This document shows, piece after piece, positions 52,575 to 61,155 of a stretch of DNA of 61,285 nt. The stretch is taken from positions 14,291-75,575 of the forward strand of contig CAZVDO010000004.1 in assembly GCA_964625345.1 (NCBI GenBank), written 5' to 3'. Below the pieces are notes generated by a model. The model was not told where the DNA came from. It saw only the letters and a list, made by a program, of their open reading frames with translations, and did not search any database. The number at the start of each line of letters is the position of its first letter. Positions within the stretch are counted from its first letter, which is position 1. The DNA is from an uncultured Anaerolinea sp. (GTDB lineage: Bacteria > Chloroflexota > Limnocylindria > Limnocylindrales > CSP1-4). Made by a program: the position numbers and the translations under genes.

Positions 52575-54134
52575 TCAGCGCGGATAGCCGGTGATCCGCC
52601 GGATCTCGCGATAGAGCGGTCGGAGACGCTCGTACATCGGCAGGTAGACCGAGCGGTAGAGGTCGTCGTACCGGGCGCTGGTGCTGCGTTCGGGCTCGAA
52701 CCGATCGCCGATGCGGACCATTTCCGAGACGGCGGTGTCGACGTCGGGATGCAGGCCCAGGCCGAGCGCGGCGTCGATCGCGGCCCCCAGGCCGGCCGCC
52801 TCATGGGTGTGCGGCCGCGATGTCGGGAGGCCGAAGACGTCGGCGAACAGCTGCACGGCGCCTCGCGACTGGGAGCCCCCGCCGGACACCCGGAGCTCAC
52901 GGATCTGCGTTCCGCTCCGGCGGACGATCCGGTCCGCCCCCTCGCGCAGCCCGTACGCCAGGCCCTCCAGGATCGCGCGATACACGTGCGACCGGCCGTG
53001 GACGTCGCCGAACCCGACGATGGCGCCCTTGGCCTCCGGGCCGGGGTAGCGCACGCCGGGCATCCAGAAGGGCTGGAGGACCAGGCCCATGGCCCCGGCC
53101 GGTGACCCCGCGAGCAGCTCCTCGAAGAGGGCTTCCGGCGGCATGTCCACGAGTGCGCCGCGGGCGATCTCGGCCGCGCCGAACTCGCGCTTGAACCACT
53201 CGACCATCCAGAACCCGCGCAGGACCTGGAGCTCGACGAACCAGGCCGCCGGGATCGCAGCGGGGTAGGGCGGGACGAGGGGAATCGCCTCCACGTAGCG
53301 TCGGTGGGTGGTGCCGATCGTGGCGGTGGTGCCGAACGAGAGGGCCGCGACCTCGGGCGTCACGGCACCGGCCCCGAGGGCCTCGGCCTGCTTGTCGCCC
53401 GCGGATGCGATGAGGCGCGTGCCTGGAGCCACGCCGAGGTGCGCCGCCGCCGCGGCCGTGAGCCCGCCCAGCGTGTCCGTCGGTTGCACGAGCTCGGGCA
53501 GCCACGCCGGGTCGAAGTGCGCCACTCGCCACTTCCAGTCGTACCCGCGCGCCCATCGGGATCGGCGGAAGTCGAACGGCAGGTAGCCGATCTGGGCGGC
53601 CGCGGAATCGACCCACCGGCCGACGAGCCGCTCCGTCAGCCATGACGACAGCACGCCGTAGCGTCGGATCCGGCGCCACACCGATGGCTCGAAGCGCTCG
53701 ATCCAGTTCGCCTCGCAATCGGCCTGGAAGCGCGCGACCGTGTCGCGAACGCGGGCGAGGCGGAAGGCGAGTCCCCACGGGCCGCCGATCGGTGGGAGGT
53801 CTTCGGTGCGCCGCTGGTCCAGCCACACGATGGCGGGACGGAGCGGTCGCCCGGTCTCGTCGGCGACCACGATGGTGACCCGCTGGGTCGTGAGGGCCAC
53901 GCCTGCCACCGAGTCCGGTCGCGCGGCCGGATCGGCCCACAGCCGGCGGCACGCCTCGCCGATGGCCGTCCACCACGTCTCGGGGTCCTGTTCGGCCCAG
54001 CCGGGCTGCGGCGATTCATAGGGCTCCACGGGGACGCGGCCAGTGGCCACGGGAACGCCGCGCGGATCGAACAGCAGGGCGCGGACGCTCTGGGTCCCGA
54101 CATCGAGTGCGAGCAGATGATCGGCCTCGCTCAC
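52575..54134 (-). CDS. FGGY-family carbohydrate kinase
   Basis: 519-aa ORF. The GTG start is preceded by gaggagga. LLALDVGTQSVRALLFD and GGGSQS. Confidence 0.9.
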   Translation of the reverse strand: MSEADHLLALDVGTQSVRALLFDPRGVPVATGRVPVEPYESPQPGWAEQDPETWWTAIGEACRRLWADPAARPDSVAGVALTTQRVTIVVADETGRPLRPAIVWLDQRRTEDLPPIGGPWGLAFRLARVRDTVARFQADCEANWIERFEPSVWRRIRRYGVLSSWLTERLVGRWVDSAAAQIGYLPFDFRRSRWARGYDWKWRVAHFDPAWLPELVQPTDTLGGLTAAAAAHLGVAPGTRLIASAGDKQAEALGAGAVTPEVAALSFGTTATIGTTHRRYVEAIPLVPPYPAAIPAAWFVELQVLRGFWMVEWFKREFGAAEIARGALVDMPPEALFEELLAGSPAGAMGLVLQPFWMPGVRYPGPEAKGAIVGFGDVHGRSHVYRAILEGLAYGLREGADRIVRRSGTQIRELRVSGGGSQSRGAVQLFADVFGLPTSRPHTHEAAGLGAAIDAALGLGLHPDVDTAVSEMVRIGDRFEPERSTSARYDDLYRSVYLPMYERLRPLYREIRRITGYPR

Positions 54135-54456
54135 GGTCCCGGATCCTCCTCGCGGCTATGGTGCCGGATTCGGGTTCCCGCTCGTACGGTCGGCTCGTCG
54201 GGTTCCAGGTGCGGTCGCTCCCCGCTCGGGACGCCTCGCGTGGCGTCGCGCCATCCTCGACTGCCGTGACCGACATTCCGGCCGTCCGACGAAGGAGCCT
54301 CGGGTTTGGAGGGACGTGGGCCACTTCCGCTGCCGATCGTCCGACGATCCGGTCAACCGGCGCTCGAGGGGAGGCGCCGGGGTTCCTCCGCTGTCGCATG
54401 ACCGAACGCTCGGGCAGGCCGGAGGTGCGCCCCCCGGGGCAGGGCCGGGAGCCGAG

Positions 54457-54478
54457 CCCGCAACCCACCCCGCAACCC
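54457..54478 (-). repeat. Tandem 10-nt repeat forming a G-quadruplex-type motif on the transcribed strand
   Basis: Reverse strand reads GGGTTGCGGGGTGGGTTGCGGG, four G-runs of at least 3 with loops of 1-4 nt. The + strand shows cccgcaaccc at 54457-54466 and 54469-54478. Confidence 0.5.
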
Positions 54479-54522
54479 GAGCCACCCGCCTCGATCGCTG
54501 GGGCGTGGCCGATGCGAGGCTT

Positions 54523-55227
54523 TCAGAAGGGCGGCCAGGGCACCGCGGGCCAGTTCGGGTTGGGTCGCGGGAAGCGTCGTCGCGCGAGGAGCCGATCAAG
54601 CCGCCGGCGAGTTGCCGAGATCTCGCCCCGGCTGAGCAGGCCCTGCAGGTCCGCGCGGAGGCCCGCCTCGAAGGCGCCCGCGAGCCGCTCGAGCCCGGCG
54701 ATCTCGTCTTCGCCGAGGGGCGTCCCCATCCAGCCCCAGAGCACGGTGCGCAACTTCGGCTGGATCGCGAAGGTCACGCCATGGTCGACCCCGTGGACAT
54801 GACCACCCGGCACGGGCAGGATGTGGCCGCCCTTCCGATCCGTGTTGTTGACGACCGCATCGAACACGGCCATCCGTCGGAGCCGCGGGTCATCCCCGAC
54901 GACCAGCGCGACGACGTCGATCGTGAGATCGATGTCGATCCACTGCTGGAGCATCCCCTCGCCGTAGGGTCCGTCGCGGAGCACCGTCGGGGGGACGATG
55001 CCCCAGCCGAGCGCCTCCGAGACGTGGAACGCCGCCACCTCGCGGCGGGCCAGGGTCCCGTACGGAAAGTCGAAGAGCGGACGCTCGCCCATGGTGGCCT
55101 TGTAGACCGCCTGGAGTGCCGGCTCGCCCGGGCTGCGCTCGACATCGACCACGAGCGCCTGGTTGGACGACCCGAGCAGGCGCCCGACCACGCGCAGCTC
55201 GCCGGAGGCGAGCGCATCGAGGATCAG
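54523..55227 (-). CDS. SCO1664-family protein (PI3/4-kinase-like fold); start codon unresolved
   Basis: Part of ORF 54523-55722: ELRVVGRLLGSSNQALVV...AVYKATMGERPLFDFPYGTLARREVAAFHVSEALGW...VFDAVVNNTDRKGGHIL. There is no in-frame ATG/GTG/TTG between the DUF3090 stop (55265) and GTG 55191. The 55227 given here is a CTG. Confidence 0.78.
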   Translation of the reverse strand: MILDALASGELRVVGRLLGSSNQALVVDVERSPGEPALQAVYKATMGERPLFDFPYGTLARREVAAFHVSEALGWGIVPPTVLRDGPYGEGMLQQWIDIDLTIDVVALVVGDDPRLRRMAVFDAVVNNTDRKGGHILPVPGGHVHGVDHGVTFAIQPKLRTVLWGWMGTPLGEDEIAGLERLAGAFEAGLRADLQGLLSRGEISATRRRLDRLLARRRFPRPNPNWPAVPWPPF

Positions 55228-55264
55228 CGGGTCGGCCCGCCGGACCCCGTCCGTGGGTGCGATG

Positions 55265-55846
55265 TCAGTGGACGTACTGGCCGTTCCGGCGCGGGCAGAT
55301 GTGGCCCTGCGGGTCGAGCGGATTACCGCACAGCGGGCAGGGTGGACGCCCGGCGCCCACGATCCGGACCGCGCGCTCGACGAAGCTGCGGGCCGCCTCG
55401 GCGTCGAGCCGCACCCGGAAGAGGTCCGGGCCGTTCGGGTCGTCCGGGTCGTCATCAGCATCGCCGAGCTCGTCGATCCCGGGCTCGTCCTCCTCGTCGT
55501 CCTCCTCGCGCAGCTCGCGCGCCTCGATGACGACGTTGCCCGCCTCGCCGTCCCACCCCAGCGTGAGCGTGCCGGCCCGGAAGACCTCGTGGAGCGGCTC
55601 GTCGAGAGGCGCGACATCCTGGGCGACCGGGTCCGTCCCGACGTCGGCGATCCCGCGGCGGCCCAGCTCGAAGAGCAGGCGGCCGAGGCGCTCGGCGAGC
55701 GCGGCGACCTGCACCTTCTCAAGGGAGACGCTGACGACGCGGCCGCGATCCCGGGCCTGGAGGAAGAACGTGCGATGACCGGGTTCCCCGACGGTCCCGG
55801 CGACGAAGCGGTCGGGCGATTCGAAGGCGAAGGTGCGACGAGCCAT
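55265..55846 (-). CDS. DUF3090-domain protein
   Basis: 193-aa ORF: FVAGTVGEPGHRTFFLQA...acidic linker EEDDEEDEPGIDELGDADDDPDDP...GRPPCPLCGNPLDPQGHICPRRNG. Confidence 0.85.
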   Translation of the reverse strand: MARRTFAFESPDRFVAGTVGEPGHRTFFLQARDRGRVVSVSLEKVQVAALAERLGRLLFELGRRGIADVGTDPVAQDVAPLDEPLHEVFRAGTLTLGWDGEAGNVVIEARELREEDDEEDEPGIDELGDADDDPDDPNGPDLFRVRLDAEAARSFVERAVRIVGAGRPPCPLCGNPLDPQGHICPRRNGQYVH

Positions 55847-55932
55847 GGTCCGACTCTACCGGATTCCCGCCGGATCGCCTCCGGGCCACCCGCAGGGACG
55901 CAGGCGAGTTGCCGTTCCGCGCCCGGACGCCG

Positions 55933-57537
55933 TCAGGCGACCCGGAAGGGCACGGTATGCCAGCCGCGAGCGCCGTCCGGATCGGGCCTCGTGACGCGGT
56001 CGGTCTGCGTCTCGCCGGTCCCGTCGGTCGCCCGCACGCGCACCTTGTGCTCGCCTGGCGCCACGTCCCAGTCGATCGCCCACTGGACCCAGGTGGCGTC
56101 GGAGATCGGCGTCGAGATGCGCGCCGTTCGCCACTCCTGGTCGTCCACCTGGACCTCGACCTTGCGGACCCCGCGATCCGGGGCCCAGGCGACGCCGCCG
56201 AAGGTGTAGGTGCCCGCGTCGAGCGGCTGGTTGTAGGACGGCCGGTCGATCCTGGACTGGGTGAGGATCGGCGCCTCCTTCGCCCAGCCGAGCGGCACCC
56301 AGTAGGCGTCGAACGCCTCGAGCGTCGTGAGCTCGAGTTCCGTGACCCACTTCGTGGCCGAGACGTACCCGAACAGGCCGGGGATGATGACCCGGGCCGG
56401 GTAGCCGTGCTCGGGGGGCAGCGGGGCGCCGTTCATGCCCAGGGCGATCATCGGTTCGCGCTCCGGATCCATCACCCAGGCCGTCGGCGACCCGGCGGTC
56501 CAGCCGTCCGCGGAGCGGCCAACGAGCTGCGTGGCGCCCGCCTGGACGCCCGCCATGTCGAGCACGTCCCGGAGCCGGACGCCGGTCCACTTGGCGTTGC
56601 CCACGAGACCGCCCCCGACGCGATTGCTGACGCAGGCGATCGTGACGTACTGGTCGATCACGGGCAGCTGCATCAGGTCGGCGTAGGAGAGCGTGATCTC
56701 GCGGTCGACCATGCCGTGGACCCGGAGCCGCCACGAATCCCGGTCGATGATGGGGACCACGATCGCGGTGTCGATCCGGTAGAAGTCGTCGTTGGGGATC
56801 ACGATCGGCGTGACGCCCTCGACGCCGAGGCTGGCGCCGTCGGGGAGTCCGGCCGGATCCTGCGCGACCGGACCGTCACCGGTCGCCGGGACGGCGCGAC
56901 CCTCGACGAGCAGTCGACCCGCCGTGCCCGCCACCAGCGAGGCCACGGCGAGGCCGCCGCCCCGGATGAGCAGGCGCCGGCGATCCCAGTCGGGCATGGC
57001 CGCTCCATTCGGCGCAGCCCGATTCCCGGCGAGCCCCATCAGCCGGTCGAGCGACCACGTCCCGACCGCGACCTGGGCGAGCGCCCCGCCGGCCCCGAGC
57101 AGCGGGCTGGCGAGCCGATCCTGCAGGCCCGCGAGGAAGCCCAGGGCCACGAAGCCGCCGATGATGCCCATCCCGAGCGTCAGGCGGGTCCGCGCGATCA
57201 GCCCGACGAGCGCCCCGATGAGCAACGCCACGATGACGATCCCGACCTGCAGCGCGAGCTTGTCGGCGAGGCCGAAGAGGTCGACCACGAGCTCCTTCGC
57301 GCCGGGGGGCTGGAGGTCCACGACGACCTGCGAGACGGAGGCGAGCGGCGAGGCGAGCCCGGGGAGAAGGCCTGCGAGCAGCTCGCCGGTGGCGAGCGCG
57401 GCGGCCGTCGCAACGATGCCGGCCGCAGCCGCCTCGAGGCGGCCGCCCCGCTGGGCCGAGCCAGCGAGGGAGTGCATGCGATCTGCTTCGGGGGCAGGCA
57501 TCGGCGCGTTCACGAGGGCACCGTACCGGCGGCGCAT
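55933..57537 (-). CDS. Molybdopterin-dependent oxidoreductase (sulfite-oxidase family) with N-terminal membrane domain
   Basis: 534-aa ORF. Several N-terminal TM segments, then the Mo-domain motif TIACVSNRVGGGLVGNAKWTGVRLRDVL. Confidence 0.88.
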   Translation of the reverse strand: MRRRYGALVNAPMPAPEADRMHSLAGSAQRGGRLEAAAAGIVATAAALATGELLAGLLPGLASPLASVSQVVVDLQPPGAKELVVDLFGLADKLALQVGIVIVALLIGALVGLIARTRLTLGMGIIGGFVALGFLAGLQDRLASPLLGAGGALAQVAVGTWSLDRLMGLAGNRAAPNGAAMPDWDRRRLLIRGGGLAVASLVAGTAGRLLVEGRAVPATGDGPVAQDPAGLPDGASLGVEGVTPIVIPNDDFYRIDTAIVVPIIDRDSWRLRVHGMVDREITLSYADLMQLPVIDQYVTIACVSNRVGGGLVGNAKWTGVRLRDVLDMAGVQAGATQLVGRSADGWTAGSPTAWVMDPEREPMIALGMNGAPLPPEHGYPARVIIPGLFGYVSATKWVTELELTTLEAFDAYWVPLGWAKEAPILTQSRIDRPSYNQPLDAGTYTFGGVAWAPDRGVRKVEVQVDDQEWRTARISTPISDATWVQWAIDWDVAPGEHKVRVRATDGTGETQTDRVTRPDPDGARGWHTVPFRVA

Positions 57538-57616
57538 GACACCTGCGTGACGCTCACGCCTGCGCGACGTTCACTGTTGCAAGCCTGCGGCCGCGGGACG
57601 CTCATTGCCGCGAGGC

Positions 57617-58717
57617 TCACGAGCCGGCCAGGTCGGAGAGGGCTTCCCACGGGTCCGGCCCGCCGGCCAGGGCCGCCGCGAGCCCGTCGAGGTGCGATCG
57701 CCGCTCCATCTCCGCGCGGCGCGCCTCCTCGAGGTCCGCGGCAACGAACTGCACCGACGACCCGGGCGCGAGCTGGCCAAGGATCGGGAGGTCGGCCGCG
57801 ATGATCACCGCGACGACCGGATAGCCGCCCGTCGTGCCGCCGTCCGCGAGCAGGACGAGCGGGCCACCCGAAGGCGTGAGCTGGATCGTTCCCGGAAGGA
57901 CGCCCCGGCTCGGCGCGTCGGCGGCGACGGGCGGCGCCAGGGCCGCGCCGACGAGCCGCAGGCCGCGCCGGTCGGACGCCGGATCGATGGTCCACGTCGA
58001 TGCGAGGAGCCCCGTGAACGTCGGCGAGCGGTCCGAGGGTCCCGCTGCCAGTTCGCCCGGCAGGACCCGCACGGGAGTCGGTCCCGACCCTGCGGGCAGC
58101 GAGGACGCCTGGATGGCGTCGACCAGCGCCGCAGGCGGCGACCCGGACAACCCACCGCCCACGAAGACCGTCTCGCCGCCCACGTGGAGCACGTCGCCGC
58201 TCCGCACGGCCCGCCCGTGGAACCCGCCGAATCCGCCAACGAGCGAGGTCGAGCGGGAACCCAGCACGAGCGGCACGTGGATGCCTCCCCCCGCGACCGC
58301 CAGGTAGGCGCGACACCCGCGATCCGGCGCCGCGCCGGCAAAGGCGAGGACGACGCCCGGGACGAGGCGGTGCCTCCGCAGCGGCGCGAGCCGCCGGCCA
58401 GAACCGCGTTCGTAGGCGCCGAGGTCGGCACCGGCGAGGGCCACCACGGTGGGGACCAGGACGCGGAGCGTCGGTCCCGTGAGGGTGCACTCGAGTACGG
58501 CCGCATTCGGTTCGTTGCCGACGAGCGCGTTGGCCAGGGCGAGGCTCGTCGTGTCGAGGGCGCCGGCGAGCGGCACTCCCTCATGCCGGTGGCCGGGCCG
58601 CCCGAGGTCCTGGACGGTGGTCTGGAGGCCCGGCTCGATGACGGCAAACCCATTCACGATCGACGCCGGGGCGGCCCGATGTTCAGAACCCGAAGATCCA
58701 GGGCGGCCTGTCGTCAT
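57617..58717 (-). CDS. pxpC: 5-oxoprolinase subunit C (biotin-dependent carboxyltransferase family / KipA-like)
   Basis: ORF 57617-58819 trimmed to ATG 58717 (ATGA overlap with the pxpB stop): VIEPGLQTTVQDLGRPGHRHEGVPLAGALD. Confidence 0.88.
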   Translation of the reverse strand: MTTGRPGSSGSEHRAAPASIVNGFAVIEPGLQTTVQDLGRPGHRHEGVPLAGALDTTSLALANALVGNEPNAAVLECTLTGPTLRVLVPTVVALAGADLGAYERGSGRRLAPLRRHRLVPGVVLAFAGAAPDRGCRAYLAVAGGGIHVPLVLGSRSTSLVGGFGGFHGRAVRSGDVLHVGGETVFVGGGLSGSPPAALVDAIQASSLPAGSGPTPVRVLPGELAAGPSDRSPTFTGLLASTWTIDPASDRRGLRLVGAALAPPVAADAPSRGVLPGTIQLTPSGGPLVLLADGGTTGGYPVVAVIIAADLPILGQLAPGSSVQFVAADLEEARRAEMERRSHLDGLAAALAGGPDPWEALSDLAGS

Positions 58718-59436
58718 CGCGTTGCCACGAACCGGATGCGGGCGCCCGGCGCGATGCGCGCCGGCGGATCCGCCTGCGGGTCCCAGACGGCAAGGTCGGT
58801 GTGACCGAGCAGCCACCATCCGCCGGGCGATTCCGATGGGTAGATGGCCGTCTGTGGCCCGGCGATGGCGACCGACCCGGCCGGCACCCGCGTTCGCGGG
58901 GAATCGCGGCGTGGGAGGACGAGGCTCGGCGGCAGGGGACCGAGGTACGCGAACCCGGGCGCGAACCCCAGGAACGCCGCCTCGTAGACGGTCCCGGTGT
59001 GCCGGTCAATCACCTCCGCGGTGGTCAGCCCGAGCCGCCGCGCGACCTCGTCGAGGTCCGGGCCGTCGGCCCCACCGTAGCGCACGGGGACCTCGAGCGA
59101 CTCCACCGGCGCGTGATCCGACGTCCGCCCGGCAACCGCCTCTCGGCCACGGGCCACACGGTCCCGCCAGGCGTCGACGGTGGCGCGCACGATCGGCAGG
59201 GCCGCTGCGACCCCCGGGGACACGGGATCGAGTCCGACGAGGACGGATGTCGCCGCGGGCGCCGGGACGTCCCAGCCGTCCAGGTCCGCGAGCGACGACG
59301 CGAGGTGGCGCGCCAGCGATCGGACTCGAGGATCTCCGAGGTCGGCGCCGAGTGGCGTGAGGTCCACCACGATGGCGCGATCGCCGAGGGGCAGGATGGT
59401 GGGATCCGCGTCGGTCACGAGCGAGCGTGCCCCCAT
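58714..59436 (-). CDS. pxpB: 5-oxoprolinase subunit B (KipI-like)
   Basis: 240-aa ORF: ILPLGDRAIVVDL...FLGFAPGFAYLG. GTG 59421 is an alternative start. Confidence 0.88.
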   Translation of the reverse strand: MGARSLVTDADPTILPLGDRAIVVDLTPLGADLGDPRVRSLARHLASSLADLDGWDVPAPAATSVLVGLDPVSPGVAAALPIVRATVDAWRDRVARGREAVAGRTSDHAPVESLEVPVRYGGADGPDLDEVARRLGLTTAEVIDRHTGTVYEAAFLGFAPGFAYLGPLPPSLVLPRRDSPRTRVPAGSVAIAGPQTAIYPSESPGGWWLLGHTDLAVWDPQADPPARIAPGARIRFVATR

Positions 59437-60251
59437 CCCGCGGCGCCCGTCGTGGCACCGACCGCGCGGACGCGCCCGCCCTCGCGGAGCACGCGGAGGG
59501 GGCGCCCGTACGCGGCACTCAGGGGTTCGTCGGCGAGGGCGAGCTCCACCGTATCGGCCGCGATCACCGCGCCGCGGGCCAGGACGAGGGCGCGATCGAA
59601 CGACGCCGGGATCTCCTCCAGGTGGTGGCTGACGAGCACGATCGCCGCGAGAGCCGGGTCGGCCGCGAAGGCGTCGAGCGTGTCGACCAGCGATTCCCGG
59701 GCGCCGAGATCCAGCCCGGCGGCGGGTTCGTCGAGGAGCAGCAGCGCGGGATCCGGCATCAGGGCGCGGGCGACCTGGACGCGGCGCCGCTCGCCGGTGG
59801 ACAGCACCCCGAATGGGGTATCGCGGAGGTCGGACAGGCCCACGCGATCGAGCAGCGCCGCCGCCCGGGCTCGATCAGCGTCGTCGTAGGCATGCCACCA
59901 CGGACCGAGCGCGGCGTGCCGAGCTGTCATCACGACCTCCAGGGCGGTCAGCCCATCCGCGATGCGCCGCTCGAGGCCGCTGCCGGCGTAGCCGATCGCG
60001 GTCCGCAGCGTCCGGGTATCGACCGTGCCGATCGCCCGGCCGAGGATGGACACGCTGCCTCGGCTCGGCCAGAGCATCGTCGAGGCGATCTCGATGAGCG
60101 TCGTCTTGCCGGCGCCGTTCGGACCCACCACGACCCACCGCTCCGCCCGGCGAACCGTCCAGTCGAGCGGTCCCAGGATGGTCCGGCCGCCCCGATGCAC
60201 CTGGACCCCGCGGAGCTCGATGACCGCTTCGCCCTGGTCGTCGTGCGCCAT
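59415..60251 (-). CDS. Orphan ABC-type ATPase (ModF/YlmA-like, no adjacent permease)
   Basis: ORF 59415-60767 trimmed to ATG 60251. Walker A GPNGAGKTT, signature LSTGERRRVQVARAL, Walker B LLLDEPAAGLD, and VSHHLEEIP. Confidence 0.87.
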   Translation of the reverse strand: MAHDDQGEAVIELRGVQVHRGGRTILGPLDWTVRRAERWVVVGPNGAGKTTLIEIASTMLWPSRGSVSILGRAIGTVDTRTLRTAIGYAGSGLERRIADGLTALEVVMTARHAALGPWWHAYDDADRARAAALLDRVGLSDLRDTPFGVLSTGERRRVQVARALMPDPALLLLDEPAAGLDLGARESLVDTLDAFAADPALAAIVLVSHHLEEIPASFDRALVLARGAVIAADTVELALADEPLSAAYGRPLRVLREGGRVRAVGATTGAAGWGHARS

Positions 60252-60282
60252 CGCGCCCCGGCGCGGCGATCCTCCGGTCCCG

Positions 60283-61041
60283 TCAGCCGCCAAGTCGGCG
60301 CACCTCGATGCCGGCATCGGCAAGGGCCTGCCGAACGGCCCGTGCGCGAGCGGCCGCACCTGGTCGGTCGCCGTGGATGCACAGGGTGTCGGGCCGGAGC
60401 TCGACGAGCGTCCCATCCACCGCCTCGACGAGGCCGTCACGCGCCATCCGGACTGCCCGCGCGGCCACGTCCGCGGGAGCGTCCACGAGCGCGTCGTCGT
60501 GGCGCCGCGAGCGCAGGCTGCCATCGGGCTCGTAGGCGCGATCCGGGAACGCCTCGGCGGCGATCGCGAGCCCCACGTCCAGCCCCGCCCGGAGGAGCTC
60601 GGAACCGGCGAGTCCCACGAGCACGAGGTCCGGGCCGACGGCCCGGGTGGCGCGGGCGATCGCCCGTGCGGCCGCCGCGTCGTGGACCGCTCGGTTGTAG
60701 AGGGCTCCATGGGCCTTGAGGTGGCGGAGCGACAGGCCGGCCGCCGCCGCGATCGCCGCGAGCCCACCGACCTGGACGAGGATCGACGCCTCGATCTCGT
60801 CCGGCGACATCGCCAGTTCCCGGCGTCCGAACCCGGCGAGGTCCGGATAGCCCGGATGCGCCCCGATCGCCGCGCCGGACGCGCCGGCCAGGGCGACGGT
60901 CCGGCGCATCGTGACGGGATCGCCGGCGTGGGCGCCGCAGGCCACGTTGACCGAGCTCACGAGCGGGATGAGCGCCTCGTCCTCGCCCATCGGCCAGGGC
61001 CCGAACGCCTCGCCGACGTCGGCATTGAGGTCGATCCACAT
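60283..61041 (-). CDS. pxpA: 5-oxoprolinase subunit A (LamB/YcsF family)
   Basis: ORF 60283-61089 trimmed to ATG 61041: MWIDLNADVGEAFGPW...VNVACGAHAGDP...GAHPGYPD. Confidence 0.92.
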   Translation of the reverse strand: MWIDLNADVGEAFGPWPMGEDEALIPLVSSVNVACGAHAGDPVTMRRTVALAGASGAAIGAHPGYPDLAGFGRRELAMSPDEIEASILVQVGGLAAIAAAAGLSLRHLKAHGALYNRAVHDAAAARAIARATRAVGPDLVLVGLAGSELLRAGLDVGLAIAAEAFPDRAYEPDGSLRSRRHDDALVDAPADVAARAVRMARDGLVEAVDGTLVELRPDTLCIHGDRPGAAARARAVRQALADAGIEVRRLGG

Positions 61042-61155
61042 GCCCCGATGGTACGGCGGGGCCGTGGCGCACCGAGGCGGCGCTCGCATCGTGTTAACGG
61101 CTCGGTATCATCGGCGGATGCTTGGCCATGAACCCCGTCGGCACGCGGCTGTTCG

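Noticed and set aside
54156-54599. 147-aa reverse-strand ORF (and 54016-54468) inside the long gap upstream of the FGGY kinase
   Set aside because: Both are R/P/S/G-rich, overlap neighbouring real genes, and have no SD or -10 pattern at the start.
61042-61155. M-box (Mg) riboswitch upstream of the MgtC-family gene
   Set aside because: The spacer is only 114 nt and is shared with the divergent pxpA promoter, which is too short for an M-box. I saw only a 9/10 inverted repeat (CCGATGGTAC...GTATCATCGG) and a TATCAT -10 candidate.
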